From Pyrinomonadaceae bacterium (GTDB lineage: Bacteria; Acidobacteriota; Blastocatellia; Pyrinomonadales; Pyrinomonadaceae): a stretch of DNA of 64,000 nucleotides. The translations under genes and the position numbers were made by a program. The notes under the pieces are model-generated. The model ran no database searches and was not told where the DNA came from. It worked only from the letters and a program-made list of their open reading frames with translations. Positions 45,817-55,842 of the stretch are shown one piece after another (position 1 is the stretch's first letter; each line of letters starts with the position of its first letter). Location of the stretch: contig JAVEDE010000012.1 of the NCBI GenBank assembly GCA_030841105.1, positions 7,079 through 71,078 of the forward strand. Reading direction: 5' to 3'.

Positions 45817-46841
45817 CTGACGACGAGGGAGTGCGCGCCGCGCGCGACGACGCGGCCGATGCGCGCGGCGTCCGGGTAGGTTTCGCGGAGGCGCGCGAGG
45901 AGCGCGTCGGCGTGCGCCGGGTTGATCGAGATCAAGAGGCCGCCCGCCGTCTGCGGGTCGAACATGAGACTCGCGAGCGGCCGGCTCACTTCGACGCCGA
46001 GTTCGATGTCGTCGCCGACGTACTGCCGGTTCGTCTTGTCGCCGCTCGTCAACAAGCCCTGCACCGCGAGTTCGTGCGCGCCCGCGATGAGAGGCACGCG
46101 CTCCGCCTCGATCTCGATGGTCACGCCGCTCCCGCGCGCCACCTCCCACGCGTGGCCGAGCAGCGCGAAGCCCGTCACGTCGGTCGCGGCGTGCGCGCCG
46201 AACTCCTGCATCAAGTCGGCCGCCTCGCGCCCCGCGAGTAGCATCGTCTGGAGCGACGCCTGCATCACCGCGCCGGTTGCCTTGCCGAACTTGATGCCGG
46301 TGGAGACGACGCCCGTGCCGATGGGCTTCGTCAGGATGAGCGCGTCGCCGGGGCGCGCTCCGCGGTTGGTGATGACGTGGCGCGGGTTGACGAGTCCGGT
46401 CACGGCGTAGCCGAACATGATCTGCGGATCGTCCACGCTGTGGCCGCCGACGAGCGCGACGCCGTGCGCGGTCAACACGTCGAGACCGCCGCGCATGATC
46501 TCGCCGAGGATCGAGAAGTCCAAGCCCTTTTTCGGGAAGCAGGTGACGGCGAGCGCGGTGATGGGGATGCCGCCCATCGCCCACACGTCGTTGATGGAGT
46601 TGAGCGCGCTGATGCGCCCGTAGTCGTACGGGTCGTCAACAATCGGCGTGAAGAAGTCTACGGTCTGGACGAGCGCGAGGTCTTCGGTCAGTTGATACAC
46701 TCCGGCGTCGTCCGCCGTCTCGATGCCGACCAGCAGATTAGGATGTTTCGGGATGTTCAGGCCGCTCAGAACCTGAGCGAGCGCGCCGGGCGCGAGCTTA
46801 GCCGCTCAACCGGCACAGTTGACCATTTCAGTCAGACGCAT
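45813..46841 (-). CDS. selD: Selenide, water dikinase (selenophosphate synthetase), selenocysteine-containing
   Basis: ATG 46841 with an [39 protein letters not shown]... has an in-frame TGA at 46808-46806 at the catalytic G-[C/U]-x-x-K position. It runs into the 295-aa ORF ([30 protein letters not shown]). Confidence 0.85.
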
Positions 46842-47151
46842 ACAGTTCGGCCTCCCCTCTTTAGAATCGCGGCAAAACTTAAACGGCCAAACGCGCGCCG
46901 CCTTAATCGCGTGGGTGAGGGAAAAGTGTCGGAGTTGGTGAAAAGATTAACACGAAGCACGGGAAAAAATCACGAGGCGCAGGGGAAAATTTAGGCGGAG
47001 AGCGGCGACGAAGATCAGCCGCGCGGTAACGAATGCAAGCCGCGCGGTAACAGTTGAAAGCCGCAACGCGGCGACAGGTAATAGCTCACGGCTTTCAACC
47101 TATCGCCGCCTCGCGATCTATCACTCTTGCCGCGTCGCGGCTTTCGACTCG

Positions 47152-50100
47152 TCATTCTCGTCCGGCTTCGGCGGGCGCGGGCTTCGGCCGGTCGTTGACG
47201 TTGAACTTGGTCGGGGCGAGCACGGCGCGCGCTTCGGGGTTGTAGTAGTCGTAGACCACGGACGCGGCTGACTTGGCGGCGAGTCCGTAGCGCGGGCGGA
47301 AGGTGAACTGAAACTTCGTGCCCCCGGCGCGCGGCCAGAGGTAGACGACGAGGCGGTCGGGCAGCACGTCGTAGTGGCTGAACTCCCAGCCAGACTCTTT
47401 CATCGCCAGTTCGAGCGAGGCGCGATCCACGTCCGCGCCCGGCGGCAGTCCGACTTCGGCGAGCAGCATCCCGTAGCCACGATGCCCGACGCGTTCGGCC
47501 GCGACGCGACAGGTCACTGTGTCGCCCGTCGCGGCGGCCGTCCGGTCGAAGCCGACGCTCAGGCGCAGGGCGCGCGAGTCTTGCGGCCGCGCGTGCGTGC
47601 CGTCAGCGTTGGCCGCCGCCCACGGTCGGTAATAAGTCGTGACGAGTTGCGCGGTGGCGGCGAGAAGACCCGCGCCCGCCACGCGTTTGATCTCGACGCG
47701 GTTTGCGCCAGCGGCGACGAAGCGCGAGAGGTCGAGCGAGATGGGGTTCGCCGGTTCGTGCGTCGCCGGTAGCGTCAGCGTACCCGCGCTCTGCCCGTTG
47801 ACGAAGACTTCGACTTTTTGCGCCGCGCCCGTTTCGGACTGCGACGTGGTGACAGCAACCTTGTCGCCGCGCGTTGCGCCCGCCGCGCCCGTCGTCGTGC
47901 CAGACACGCCCGCCGTCGAGAGCGCGTTCAACGCGTCGAGCACGTTGACCGTCGCCTGCGTCGAGAGCCACACGCCGTAGCGATCCTTGTTCTTCAACAG
48001 GAACAGCAGGCCGCGATCAATGAGTTCGTCGGAAGAACGCTTCTCCGTCTTCGCGTCGCCGCCGTTGCTGTTCGCGTCGCCGCTTGCGCCCTTCGCGCCG
48101 TCGCCTCCGGCCTTCGTGAGCGCCTGCACGGCGAGGGCGGTGGTTTCGATGCGCCCGGCGTTGCCCCAGCCGTAGAAGGGCGTGTTGGTTTCGAGATTCC
48201 AGTAAGAGCCGTCGGCCTCTTCGTGCGCGAGCGCGCGCAGGCGACCGAGCGTGCGCGTGATCTTGTCCGCCGACTCGCCGCCGTCAATCGCGGCGAGCGC
48301 GTAGGAGGCGACGAGATACGGCTCGTCCCACTCTCCGGCGCGCGGCGCGAGATAGTCGAGAGCGCGGCGAAGCGGGGTCGCGGGCGTCGTGTTTGAAAGT
48401 TTAGTTTGATCAACTGACGGGCGCGCGGCGTTCGCCTGTTGCATGGCGAGGACGCGCGCGACGTAGGCCGTGAGCATCGCGTTGCGGCGATCACTGTCCG
48501 CGCTCTTGTCCCAGGAGTAAGCCGTCCAACTGCCGTCGGCGTTCTGCTGCCGGACGAGCCAGTCGCGCGTGCCGGCGATGACGCTCTCGTCAACGGAGAT
48601 GAAGTCGCGCGCGTCGGTCAGGAAGCGCAGGGCATAGGCCGTGAGCGCGAGGTCGGGTTCGCCGCGCCCCCAGTAGGAGAAGCCGCCGCTGTCGGAGCGG
48701 TAGGAGAGCAAACGTTCATAGCCTTGCCGGACGTAGCGCGCGGCCTTCGCGGCGATGGGCGGGGCGTTCGCGCCGTCCATCGCGCCGCCTGCCGTGCCGC
48801 CCGCGCGCCGGTAGTGGCGCAGCACGAGCAGGCTCGGATAGGTGGAGGAGATCGTCTGTTCGCCGCAGCCGTAGGGGCGCGACATGATCGCCTCGACGCT
48901 CTCGATGGCGTGCGTCATGAGGTTCGGGTAAATCTTCAACTCGGCGCGCGCCGTGCGCGGCAGCGCGTCTGTGGGGACATTCACTTCGAGCAGCGACGCC
49001 CCGCGCAAAATTTGCGTCGCGGTCGCCGCAACCTCCTCGCCGTCGGGGTGGACGTGGACGGGCTTTTCGATCTGATCGCTCGCCTCCGTGCCGATGGCCG
49101 TGATGCGCTGCAAACCTTCTTTGACGGAGGCGACGGCGCGGAAGTCGAACGTCTCGCGCGCGGCATCGCCCGCCGGGACGGTCGCTTGTTTGTGTGCGGG
49201 ACTGAGCAGCGTGAACCAGTCTTCGGGCTTGATGTCGAGCGCGACCGACTGCGCGCGTTCGAGGTAGTTGCGCAGGACGACGGGCAGGCTGATCTCGTCG
49301 CCTTCCGTCAGGATGCGCGGCGGGTCGTGTTCGACGAAGAACGGCATGAAGGAGCGTATCTCGCGTTCGACCGTGCCGAGTTCGCCCGTCTCGGTCGAGC
49401 CGATGATGGACATCTTCCAAGTGGTGATGTTGTCGGCGAGTTTGAAGCGGAGTTCGGCACGCCCGCGCGCGTCGGTTTCGACGGCGGGCTGCCAGTACAA
49501 AGTTTCGGGAAAGTCCTTGCGCAAGCGCGGCGTGGAGATCGGCGGCTGCGGCATGGGCGAATTTCCTCCCAACAATTTTAAGCTCTGCCTCGTGATGTTG
49601 GTCTGGATTTTGTTGTCGGTTGAGTCAACCGCCGACCCCGCCGCCGTGACCGTGACCGTCTCCGACACGTTGCCCACTTCGAGGCTGAGGTTCAACGTGG
49701 CGAGCGTCGCCGACTGCACCGGCACGTCCATCGCGACCGCTTGCTTGAACGCCGCCGCGTCCACGCGCACGGTGTAGAGTCCGGCGGGCAAGTTGCGCAG
49801 GAGGTATTTGCCCTCCTCGTCCGTCGTGGTCGTGAACACGCGGTCGGTCTGATACTGAGACGTGGCCGTGACGGTCGCGTTGGGTATGACCGCGCCCGAC
49901 GAGTCGAGGATCGTGCCGCCGATAGCTCCCGTGTCGCCCGAAAACGTGACGGCGACGGGCGCGATTTGCGGCTTCGCGTCCTGCGCCGATTGGTCGGAGA
50001 CGATGCGTGAAAACTCCGCGACGTTGAAATCGTCTGGCGTCCCCGCCTTCCCGTCCGCGCCCGCGCTGCGCAGCGTGATGAACTCCAACTGCCGCGTGAC

Positions 50101-53100
50101 GGGCGTCGCGTTCGTCTTCCCCGAAGGCAGTTGGCCGCCGGTCTGAACCTGCACGCGGTCGGCATAGCGCGACTCTGTGCGGAAGGTGGCGTAATAGTCT
50201 CTGCCCCAAGGGTCTTTCAAGTCGGCCGCGCCGAGTCCGACGCGCCGGAGCACTTCGCGCAACGCGGCCTCGTCGCGCGGGAAGCGTCCCGTCGCCGTGA
50301 GGTAGGCGGCGACGGCTGCGTCCACTCGCGCGCGCGTCTCCGCGAAGTAGTCCGTCCACGTCGTCCAGACGGAGAAGTCGTCGCCCATGTTGTTGCTGTT
50401 CAGGATTGAGGTGAGACGACCGTCGGGGCCGCCACTCAAAATACTGATCGAGTAGTTCGTGCCGTTGATCTCGAAGACGAGGGCGTAAGGGTTGCCCCAG
50501 CGATCACGCAGCGCGTCGAGGTCGAACTTGTCGCGGGCGAGTTCGCCCCTGAGCGTGGCGGCGTCGCGGACGAAGCCGCCGGTGCGCCGGTGGTAGGCGA
50601 TGACGGCGCGGTTGATGGCCTCGCCCGCCGGGCGAAAGTATTGCCAGTTGAAACGCGCCGCCGTCCAGTCGTCGTCCGTGCCGTGCCGTTTGTCCGCGCC
50701 CGCGCTCCTGAACTCCAACACGTCTTCGGAGCGTGCGACGGAGAAGTCGAGGCGATAGGGCGTGCCCCACGGGTCGCGCAACTCTTCGAGCGCGATGCCC
50801 GCGTCCGCGAGCAGGCGGTGCAGAGTCGCCGCGTCAGAAGGGTGCTCCGCACGCTCGTCGTAACGCGCCTTGAGCGCGTCGCGCGTCGCGCGCAGCCCGG
50901 CCGTGGCGAGCGCGCCGAAGACCTGCGTCTGGTTCGTGTTGTAGTGGGAAGAACTGAAATAGTTCGGGCGGTAGTATTCGTACTCGCGTTGGAGGAGCAG
51001 GTCGGCCACGGCGTCCACGCCTTCGGGGAGCGCGCGCCCGGCGTCGAGTTGCTCGATGTCGCGCAGGCCGAGGCCGCCGATTGATTCGAGGCCGTACCAA
51101 AATTGGTAGAAGTAGTTCGAGAAGCCGTAGGACGAGGCGAACTCCTGCTCGGTGCGCGCGCGCTCCTCGACGGCCTTGTCGAAGACGACCACGCCGAGCG
51201 CGCTCTCCACGCTGCGCCCCGAGGCGTTGCGCACGCGCACGCCCGCCGACGCCTCTTCGCCCGGCTGGTAACTCGCCTGACTCATCCGCACGTCGAACTT
51301 CAACTCGCGGTTGCGCGGGTAGACGACGGCGCGCGAGCCGCGCCCGTAATCGTCGTCGTAATCGTCTTCGGGAAATTCGGTCGAGTAGGCGGCGAGCGTG
51401 ATGCGGTTTTGAAACTCCGGCCGGTAGGGCACTTCGACGACCGCGTTGCCGCCGCGCAAGCGCGCGCTCTCCGTCGCCACGACGCGGTTGTTGCTCACCA
51501 CGTCCAGCAGAATCTTCAAGTCCTTGCGGTTGGAACTGACGCGCGCCGTGATGCCTTCGCCCGCGCGGTAGATCGTCTTGTCCGTCTCGACGCGCACGAC
51601 CGTCTGCTTCACGCGCCAGAAACTTTCGACGTGCCTGCCCGTGCGCCCCTCGCGGTCGCGCGCCTCGAAGTTGACGTAGATGTAACTATCGTCATCTTCC
51701 GTTATCTCCGAGCCGACGACTTTGGCGACGCCGTAAGCGTTCGTCTTGACCAGAGCGGGGACGCGCACGCCGTCCTCGTCGGTTGACGTGCGTGTGAGTT
51801 TCAACTCACACGCGGCGGGCGTGCCGTCGGCGTAAGAGGTGGAGACGTAGAAGGCGAGCGGCAGCCCCACGGCCTGCCGGTAGTTGCCCTGCGTGATGTA
51901 GATGTGAATCGGCTCGCGCGTCAGGCGCACGCGGAAGCGTCGCTGCTCGGTGCGGTTGGTGGTCGGGTCTGTGACGTAGGCGGCGTAGTTGAGATCGTCG
52001 AAGCGTTGCCACGAATTGCTCGCCAGTTCCGCGAACTCCTGCGCGAAGTTGACGCGCACGCGGAAACTTCCGTCCGCCCCCAACTCGCCCTCGTACTTGT
52101 CGCCCTCCTCGATGTCGTACTTCTGCTCGCGGTAATTCCACGCGCGCTCCGTCTCGCGCACGACGCGCACGCGCCCGCGCTTGAGCGGCTGGCCGAACAG
52201 GTAATCGCCGCGCACTTCCACCAGCGCGCTCTCGCCCGGCAGGTAGTAGCCGCGATCCGGCGTCGCGCTCACAGAGAAGTTCGGCAACTCGTAGCGACTG
52301 ATCTTGACGCGCAGGTAAGTTGCTTCGTCATCCGAGCCGCTCTCGTCCGACTGAACCCTGACGTTGTAGTCGCCGAGCCGCGTGTTGTCTGGGATCGGCC
52401 AGTCGCAACTGGCGACGCCGAAGCGCGAGGTCTTGAGCGGCGCGGTGAAGACGGTCGTGCCTTCCGGGTCTTCGATCTTGAGCGTGGCCGCGGTGTCGGC
52501 GAGGGCGCGGCGGGTCGCGTGGTTCAAGAGGAGCGCGCGCAGGTGGAGCGTCTGGCCGGGCTGGTAGAGCGGCTTGTCGCTCGTCAGCAGGATGCGCGTC
52601 GTCTGGTTGAGACTAATGTCGTCTGAGGCGGTCTGGACGACATCGCCGCGCCGCGCCGTCACTTTGATCTCGCCCTCGTCCGTCTTGATGTGCTCAGGGA
52701 ACTTGAAGTCGAGCGTGGCGTAGCCGTCCTTGTCCGTCATGCCCGTCAACTTCAACGCGTTGCTTTCGTCTTCCTCGTCATCTTTGTCATCTTCGTCGAA
52801 GACAACTTCGGCCGCGATCTCGACGCCGCGCACCGGGCGCGACGAGAGCGGGTGCGTGGCGCGCACGCGCACGCGGTAAAGCTGTCCCTCGTTAGCCTTG
52901 CTCGCCGCCGCCACGCGCAACTCGAAAAGATCGGGCGTGATCTCGGAGAGCGAGATGATCCCTGCGGCGCGCGTTGTCGCCGTCGTCGCTGCCGCCGTGT
53001 CCGTCGCGGTCGTGACCTCGTAGCGCAGGCGATACCAGAGGAGCAGGCTGACGTCCGCGCCGGGGCGCGTGAGGTTCGAGACGGGCAGGAAGGCCGCGAC

Positions 53101-53385
53101 GACGTTCGCGCCGGGCTTCAACGTCTCGCGCCGCTGCGTGCGCGCGATTACTTTGTCGTGCGGGTCGAGCAGTTCGAGTGTGACGTGCGCGGGCGCACTG
53201 CGTCCGGTGTCGTTCTCGACGGCGAGAGAGACTTTACCTTGACCTTCGACGAGCGTGATTCTCGTCGTCGCCTCGTTGACGCGAAGCGCAAAGGTTTGGG
53301 TTACGGCGTTGACAAGTGTTGTGACTGCGAGGGCGCAGAGACACACCTGTAGACAGGGTAGAAGGGAGAGCCATCTACGGCGCAT
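47152..53385 (-). CDS. Alpha-2-macroglobulin family thioester protein, very large, with pseudopilin-like and CarboxypepD_reg-like inserts
   Basis: Signal peptide from ATG 53385 (MRRRWLSLLPCLQVCLCALAV) with a GGAGG RBS. MG-domain-like N-terminal repeats. Thioester motif YGCGEQ (CGEQ = 48856-48867). Terpenoid-cyclase-like TED (DGSWTAYSW, DGSYW). Confidence 0.9.
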   Translation of the reverse strand: MRRRWLSLLPCLQVCLCALAVTTLVNAVTQTFALRVNEATTRITLVEGQGKVSLAVENDTGRSAPAHVTLELLDPHDKVIARTQRRETLKPGANVVAAFLPVSNLTRPGADVSLLLWYRLRYEVTTATDTAAATTATTRAAGIISLSEITPDLFELRVAAASKANEGQLYRVRVRATHPLSSRPVRGVEIAAEVVFDEDDKDDEEDESNALKLTGMTDKDGYATLDFKFPEHIKTDEGEIKVTARRGDVVQTASDDISLNQTTRILLTSDKPLYQPGQTLHLRALLLNHATRRALADTAATLKIEDPEGTTVFTAPLKTSRFGVASCDWPIPDNTRLGDYNVRVQSDESGSDDEATYLRVKISRYELPNFSVSATPDRGYYLPGESALVEVRGDYLFGQPLKRGRVRVVRETERAWNYREQKYDIEEGDKYEGELGADGSFRVRVNFAQEFAELASNSWQRFDDLNYAAYVTDPTTNRTEQRRFRVRLTREPIHIYITQGNYRQAVGLPLAFYVSTSYADGTPAACELKLTRTSTDEDGVRVPALVKTNAYGVAKVVGSEITEDDDSYIYVNFEARDREGRTGRHVESFWRVKQTVVRVETDKTIYRAGEGITARVSSNRKDLKILLDVVSNNRVVATESARLRGGNAVVEVPYRPEFQNRITLAAYSTEFPEDDYDDDYGRGSRAVVYPRNRELKFDVRMSQASYQPGEEASAGVRVRNASGRSVESALGVVVFDKAVEERARTEQEFASSYGFSNYFYQFWYGLESIGGLGLRDIEQLDAGRALPEGVDAVADLLLQREYEYYRPNYFSSSHYNTNQTQVFGALATAGLRATRDALKARYDERAEHPSDAATLHRLLADAGIALEELRDPWGTPYRLDFSVARSEDVLEFRSAGADKRHGTDDDWTAARFNWQYFRPAGEAINRAVIAYHRRTGGFVRDAATLRGELARDKFDLDALRDRWGNPYALVFEINGTNYSISILSGGPDGRLTSILNSNNMGDDFSVWTTWTDYFAETRARVDAAVAAYLTATGRFPRDEAALREVLRRVGLGAADLKDPWGRDYYATFRTESRYADRVQVQTGGQLPSGKTNATPVTRQLEFITLRSAGADGKAGTPDDFNVAEFSRIVSDQSAQDAKPQIAPVAVTFSGDTGAIGGTILDSSGAVIPNATVTATSQYQTDRVFTTTTDEEGKYLLRNLPAGLYTVRVDAAAFKQAVAMDVPVQSATLATLNLSLEVGNVSETVTVTAAGSAVDSTDNKIQTNITRQSLKLLGGNSPMPQPPISTPRLRKDFPETLYWQPAVETDARGRAELRFKLADNITTWKMSIIGSTETGELGTVEREIRSFMPFFVEHDPPRILTEGDEISLPVVLRNYLERAQSVALDIKPEDWFTLLSPAHKQATVPAGDAARETFDFRAVASVKEGLQRITAIGTEASDQIEKPVHVHPDGEEVAATATQILRGASLLEVNVPTDALPRTARAELKIYPNLMTHAIESVEAIMSRPYGCGEQTISSTYPSLLVLRHYRRAGGTAGGAMDGANAPPIAAKAARYVRQGYERLLSYRSDSGGFSYWGRGEPDLALTAYALRFLTDARDFISVDESVIAGTRDWLVRQQNADGSWTAYSWDKSADSDRRNAMLTAYVARVLAMQQANAARPSVDQTKLSNTTPATPLRRALDYLAPRAGEWDEPYLVASYALAAIDGGESADKITRTLGRLRALAHEEADGSYWNLETNTPFYGWGNAGRIETTALAVQALTKAGGDGAKGASGDANSNGGDAKTEKRSSDELIDRGLLFLLKNKDRYGVWLSTQATVNVLDALNALSTAGVSGTTTGAAGATRGDKVAVTTSQSETGAAQKVEVFVNGQSAGTLTLPATHEPANPISLDLSRFVAAGANRVEIKRVAGAGLLAATAQLVTTYYRPWAAANADGTHARPQDSRALRLSVGFDRTAAATGDTVTCRVAAERVGHRGYGMLLAEVGLPPGADVDRASLELAMKESGWEFSHYDVLPDRLVVYLWPRAGGTKFQFTFRPRYGLAAKSAASVVYDYYNPEARAVLAPTKFNVNDRPKPAPAEAGRE

Positions 53386-53683
53386 GGGACACCTCCAAAT
53401 TGTGCGGCTGTGATGCGCGCCTCTCGCACAATGGTTGTTGCCCCGATCCAAAATAATATTTTTGGTGGGACGAAATTTTCGCAGCGCGCCTTCAAGCAAC
53501 CGCGCGCGAGCGGGCGAGCAACAAAGCGACAGCACACGGCTCGACTGTTTAGTCGCCACCACACGCACACGCAGTCTCAACGCGCGGGCAAAAAATAATT
53601 TCGCATCGCCCCGATCCTTTCGCGCCGCTTGCGGTAACAACAGACGGCCGAGAAGTTCTCGACGGAAACGAGCACCTCAGGTT

Positions 53684-54274
53684 TTGCCTGACACCGACAC
53701 AGACGAATCTCTACTCGCACGCGCACGTGCGGGCGACGAGGACGCGTTCCTCTCGATCTACACGCGCCATCGCGTGGCGATGTACCGCTTCGCCTGCCGC
53801 CTGCTCGGCGACGCGTCGGCCGCCGAAGACGTGACGCACGATTGTTTCCTGAGTCTCTTCCGACACCCGGAACGCTTCGACCCTGCGCGCGGCGCGTCGC
53901 TCCGCACCTATCTCTTCGCCGCCGTGCGCAACCTCTCTCTGAAACAGTTTCGGCGCGTGGCGCGCGAGACGTTGATTGACGAAGCGACGGACGAACAGTG
54001 CGCGCCCGTCGCCGAGCAGCCATTGAGCCGGATGCTCGAAGCCGAACTGTCGGCGGCGGTGCGCGCGGCCGTGGAGAGTCTCCCGGCGTTGCAGCGCGAG
54101 GTGTTGCTTTTGTTCGAGTTTGAAAATTTGAGTTTGCAGGAGATCGCCGTTGTGGTCGGCGCGGAAGTGAACACGGTGAAGTCGCGTCTGTCGCGCGCAC
54201 GCGCATCGTTGCGACGCGCGCTCGCCCCGCATCTCGCGGGGAACGCGGAGTTGATCGGGGCGTCGGAGAAGTAG
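53684..54274 (+). CDS. ECF (sigma-70 family group 4) RNA polymerase sigma factor
   Basis: Region 2 (DAFLSIYTRHRVAMYRFACRLLGD..AEDVTHDCFL) and region 4 (LPALQREVLLLFEFENLSLQEIAVVVGAEVNTVKSRLSRAR). TTG 53684 is the proposed start. The ORF-track N-terminal extension overlaps the A2M promoter region. Confidence 0.8.
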   Translation: MPDTDTDESLLARARAGDEDAFLSIYTRHRVAMYRFACRLLGDASAAEDVTHDCFLSLFRHPERFDPARGASLRTYLFAAVRNLSLKQFRRVARETLIDEATDEQCAPVAEQPLSRMLEAELSAAVRAAVESLPALQREVLLLFEFENLSLQEIAVVVGAEVNTVKSRLSRARASLRRALAPHLAGNAELIGASEK

Positions 54275-54276
54275 AG

Positions 54277-55677
54277 ATGAGCGAGAAGAAGTCGAATCAA
54301 GATGCAACGCGCGCGCCCGGACGCTCAGGCGTCGAACTCGATCCGCACGAGGCGTCGTTCGCGTGCGAGTCTCCGAACGCGTCGGCGTTGGACGGTGATT
54401 TGAAAGCGTTGCTTGACGGTTGGCAGTCTCCCCAAGTCGTGCCCGCGTCGCTCGACGCGCGCGTCCTTAATTCGTATCGCGAACTGTTGAAGGAGAATGA
54501 AATGAATTTCCAACGCCCCGGCGACGCGCTCGCGCCGCAGTACGCCCTCTTGCCCGCGACGGGCGCGCCCGCCGACTACCGGCTCACAATTTTGGAGGAG
54601 CGCGGACTCTTCTCGCGCCTGCTCGCCGAAGTGCGCGAGACGGCGCACGACGCCGAACTCACGCGCGCCGAATTTCGCCGCGACCCGTTCGGCTTCGCGC
54701 GTCGCATGGGCGCGGCCTATGCCGCGATGACGTGGCGCGCGCTCCGGCAGGAGAACACGGCTTACGGCGTCGTCGCCGCCTTCGTCGTCGTCCTCACGCT
54801 CGTCGGCGCGGTCGCCGCGCTCAATAATTTTCAAGCGACGCGCGGCGGCCTGTTGGCCGAACGACTGCGCGAAGATTTGATCTACCTCGGCAGCGTGACG
54901 GAGATTCCGAAGGCGCAGCCGAAGCCCGACGAAGGCGCGGCTGGCATGGCGAAGGGCGCGGGCGGCGGCGCGAAGCCGCAGCAGGAGAAGCCGGGCGGCG
55001 GCGGTGGCGGCGGTCGCCTCGAAGACAAACCGGCCGTCCACGGCAAACTGCCGCAGGCGACGCTCGACCCGCAAGTGCTCGCGCCCGACCCGAAGCCGCC
55101 CGCCATCCAGAACCCTTCGCTCCCGACGGCCGCGACCATCCGCGCAGACCCCGTGCTGTTCCCCAACGACCCGCGCGCGATCAACTACGGCGACCCGAAG
55201 TCTAAAGCGACCGAACTCTCTTCCGGTTCGGGGAGCGGCAACGGCATCGGCGAGGGCACGGGCGGTGGCGTGGGTGTAGGCAACGGCACGGGCTACGGGG
55301 CGGGCGAGGGCTACAACACGGGCGGCGGCGCGCCGAAACACGGCGGCGGAGGCCCCGGCGGCGGTGGCGGCGGCACGGACTACGCGCGCACTTTCCGCGT
55401 CAATGAGGTGACGCGCAAAGCGCACATCACGGCCAAGCCCGAACCGCTCTACACGGAAGAGGCGCGCAAGAATCAAGTGACCGGCACGGTGCGCCTGCGC
55501 CTCGTGCTCTCCGCTACGGGTCAAGTGACGAGCATCACGCCGCTCACCAAGCTGCCCGACGGGCTGACGGAGAAGGCGATTGAGGCCGCGCGCAAGATTG
55601 GCTTCACGCCCGCCGAGAAGGACGGTCGCAAAGTTTCCCAGTGGGTCGTCATCGAGTACAACTTCAACATCTACTAA
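54277..55677 (+). CDS. TonB C-terminal domain protein co-transcribed with the ECF sigma factor (possible anti-sigma/transducer)
   Basis: The ATG is 2 nt after the sigma stop. One TM (YGVVAAFVVVLTLVGAVAAL), a Gly/Pro-rich linker, and a C-terminal TonB_C-like domain (KPEPLYTEEARKNQVTGTVRLRLVL...GRKVSQWVVIEYNFNIY). Confidence 0.7.
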   Translation: MSEKKSNQDATRAPGRSGVELDPHEASFACESPNASALDGDLKALLDGWQSPQVVPASLDARVLNSYRELLKENEMNFQRPGDALAPQYALLPATGAPADYRLTILEERGLFSRLLAEVRETAHDAELTRAEFRRDPFGFARRMGAAYAAMTWRALRQENTAYGVVAAFVVVLTLVGAVAALNNFQATRGGLLAERLREDLIYLGSVTEIPKAQPKPDEGAAGMAKGAGGGAKPQQEKPGGGGGGGRLEDKPAVHGKLPQATLDPQVLAPDPKPPAIQNPSLPTAATIRADPVLFPNDPRAINYGDPKSKATELSSGSGSGNGIGEGTGGGVGVGNGTGYGAGEGYNTGGGAPKHGGGGPGGGGGGTDYARTFRVNEVTRKAHITAKPEPLYTEEARKNQVTGTVRLRLVLSATGQVTSITPLTKLPDGLTEKAIEAARKIGFTPAEKDGRKVSQWVVIEYNFNIY

Positions 55678-55695
55678 AGTCCATTCAGTGCGACG

Positions 55696-55744
55696 AACGA
55701 CGGCGGCGACTCAAGTTTTAACGAGTCGCCGCCGTCGTTTTTTA
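55696..55744 (+). terminator. Rho-independent terminator
   Basis: aacgacggcggcgactc aagttttaac gagtcgccgccgtcgtt, followed by ttttt. Confidence 0.75.
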
Positions 55745-55842
55745 ACGAGTCGCCGCCATCGGTGTTTCTCGCGCCGCGCCCGTTATATACTGTCGGCTTC
55801 CGACGCCTCGATCCGCGCCGACGCATAAACGAGAGAACGCCC

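Noticed and set aside
45817-46584. The N-terminal 256 residues of the 543-aa ORF 44953-46584.
   Set aside because: This Arg/Pro-rich part overlaps selD in another frame. Only the segment from MTDARFESG (ATG 45816) shows methyltransferase motifs.
53435-53683. The N-terminal extension of the ECF sigma ORF.
   Set aside because: The extension is Arg/Ser-rich and overlaps the upstream region of the divergent A2M gene. Sigma region 2 begins right after a TTG at 53684, giving a typical ~196-aa ECF size.
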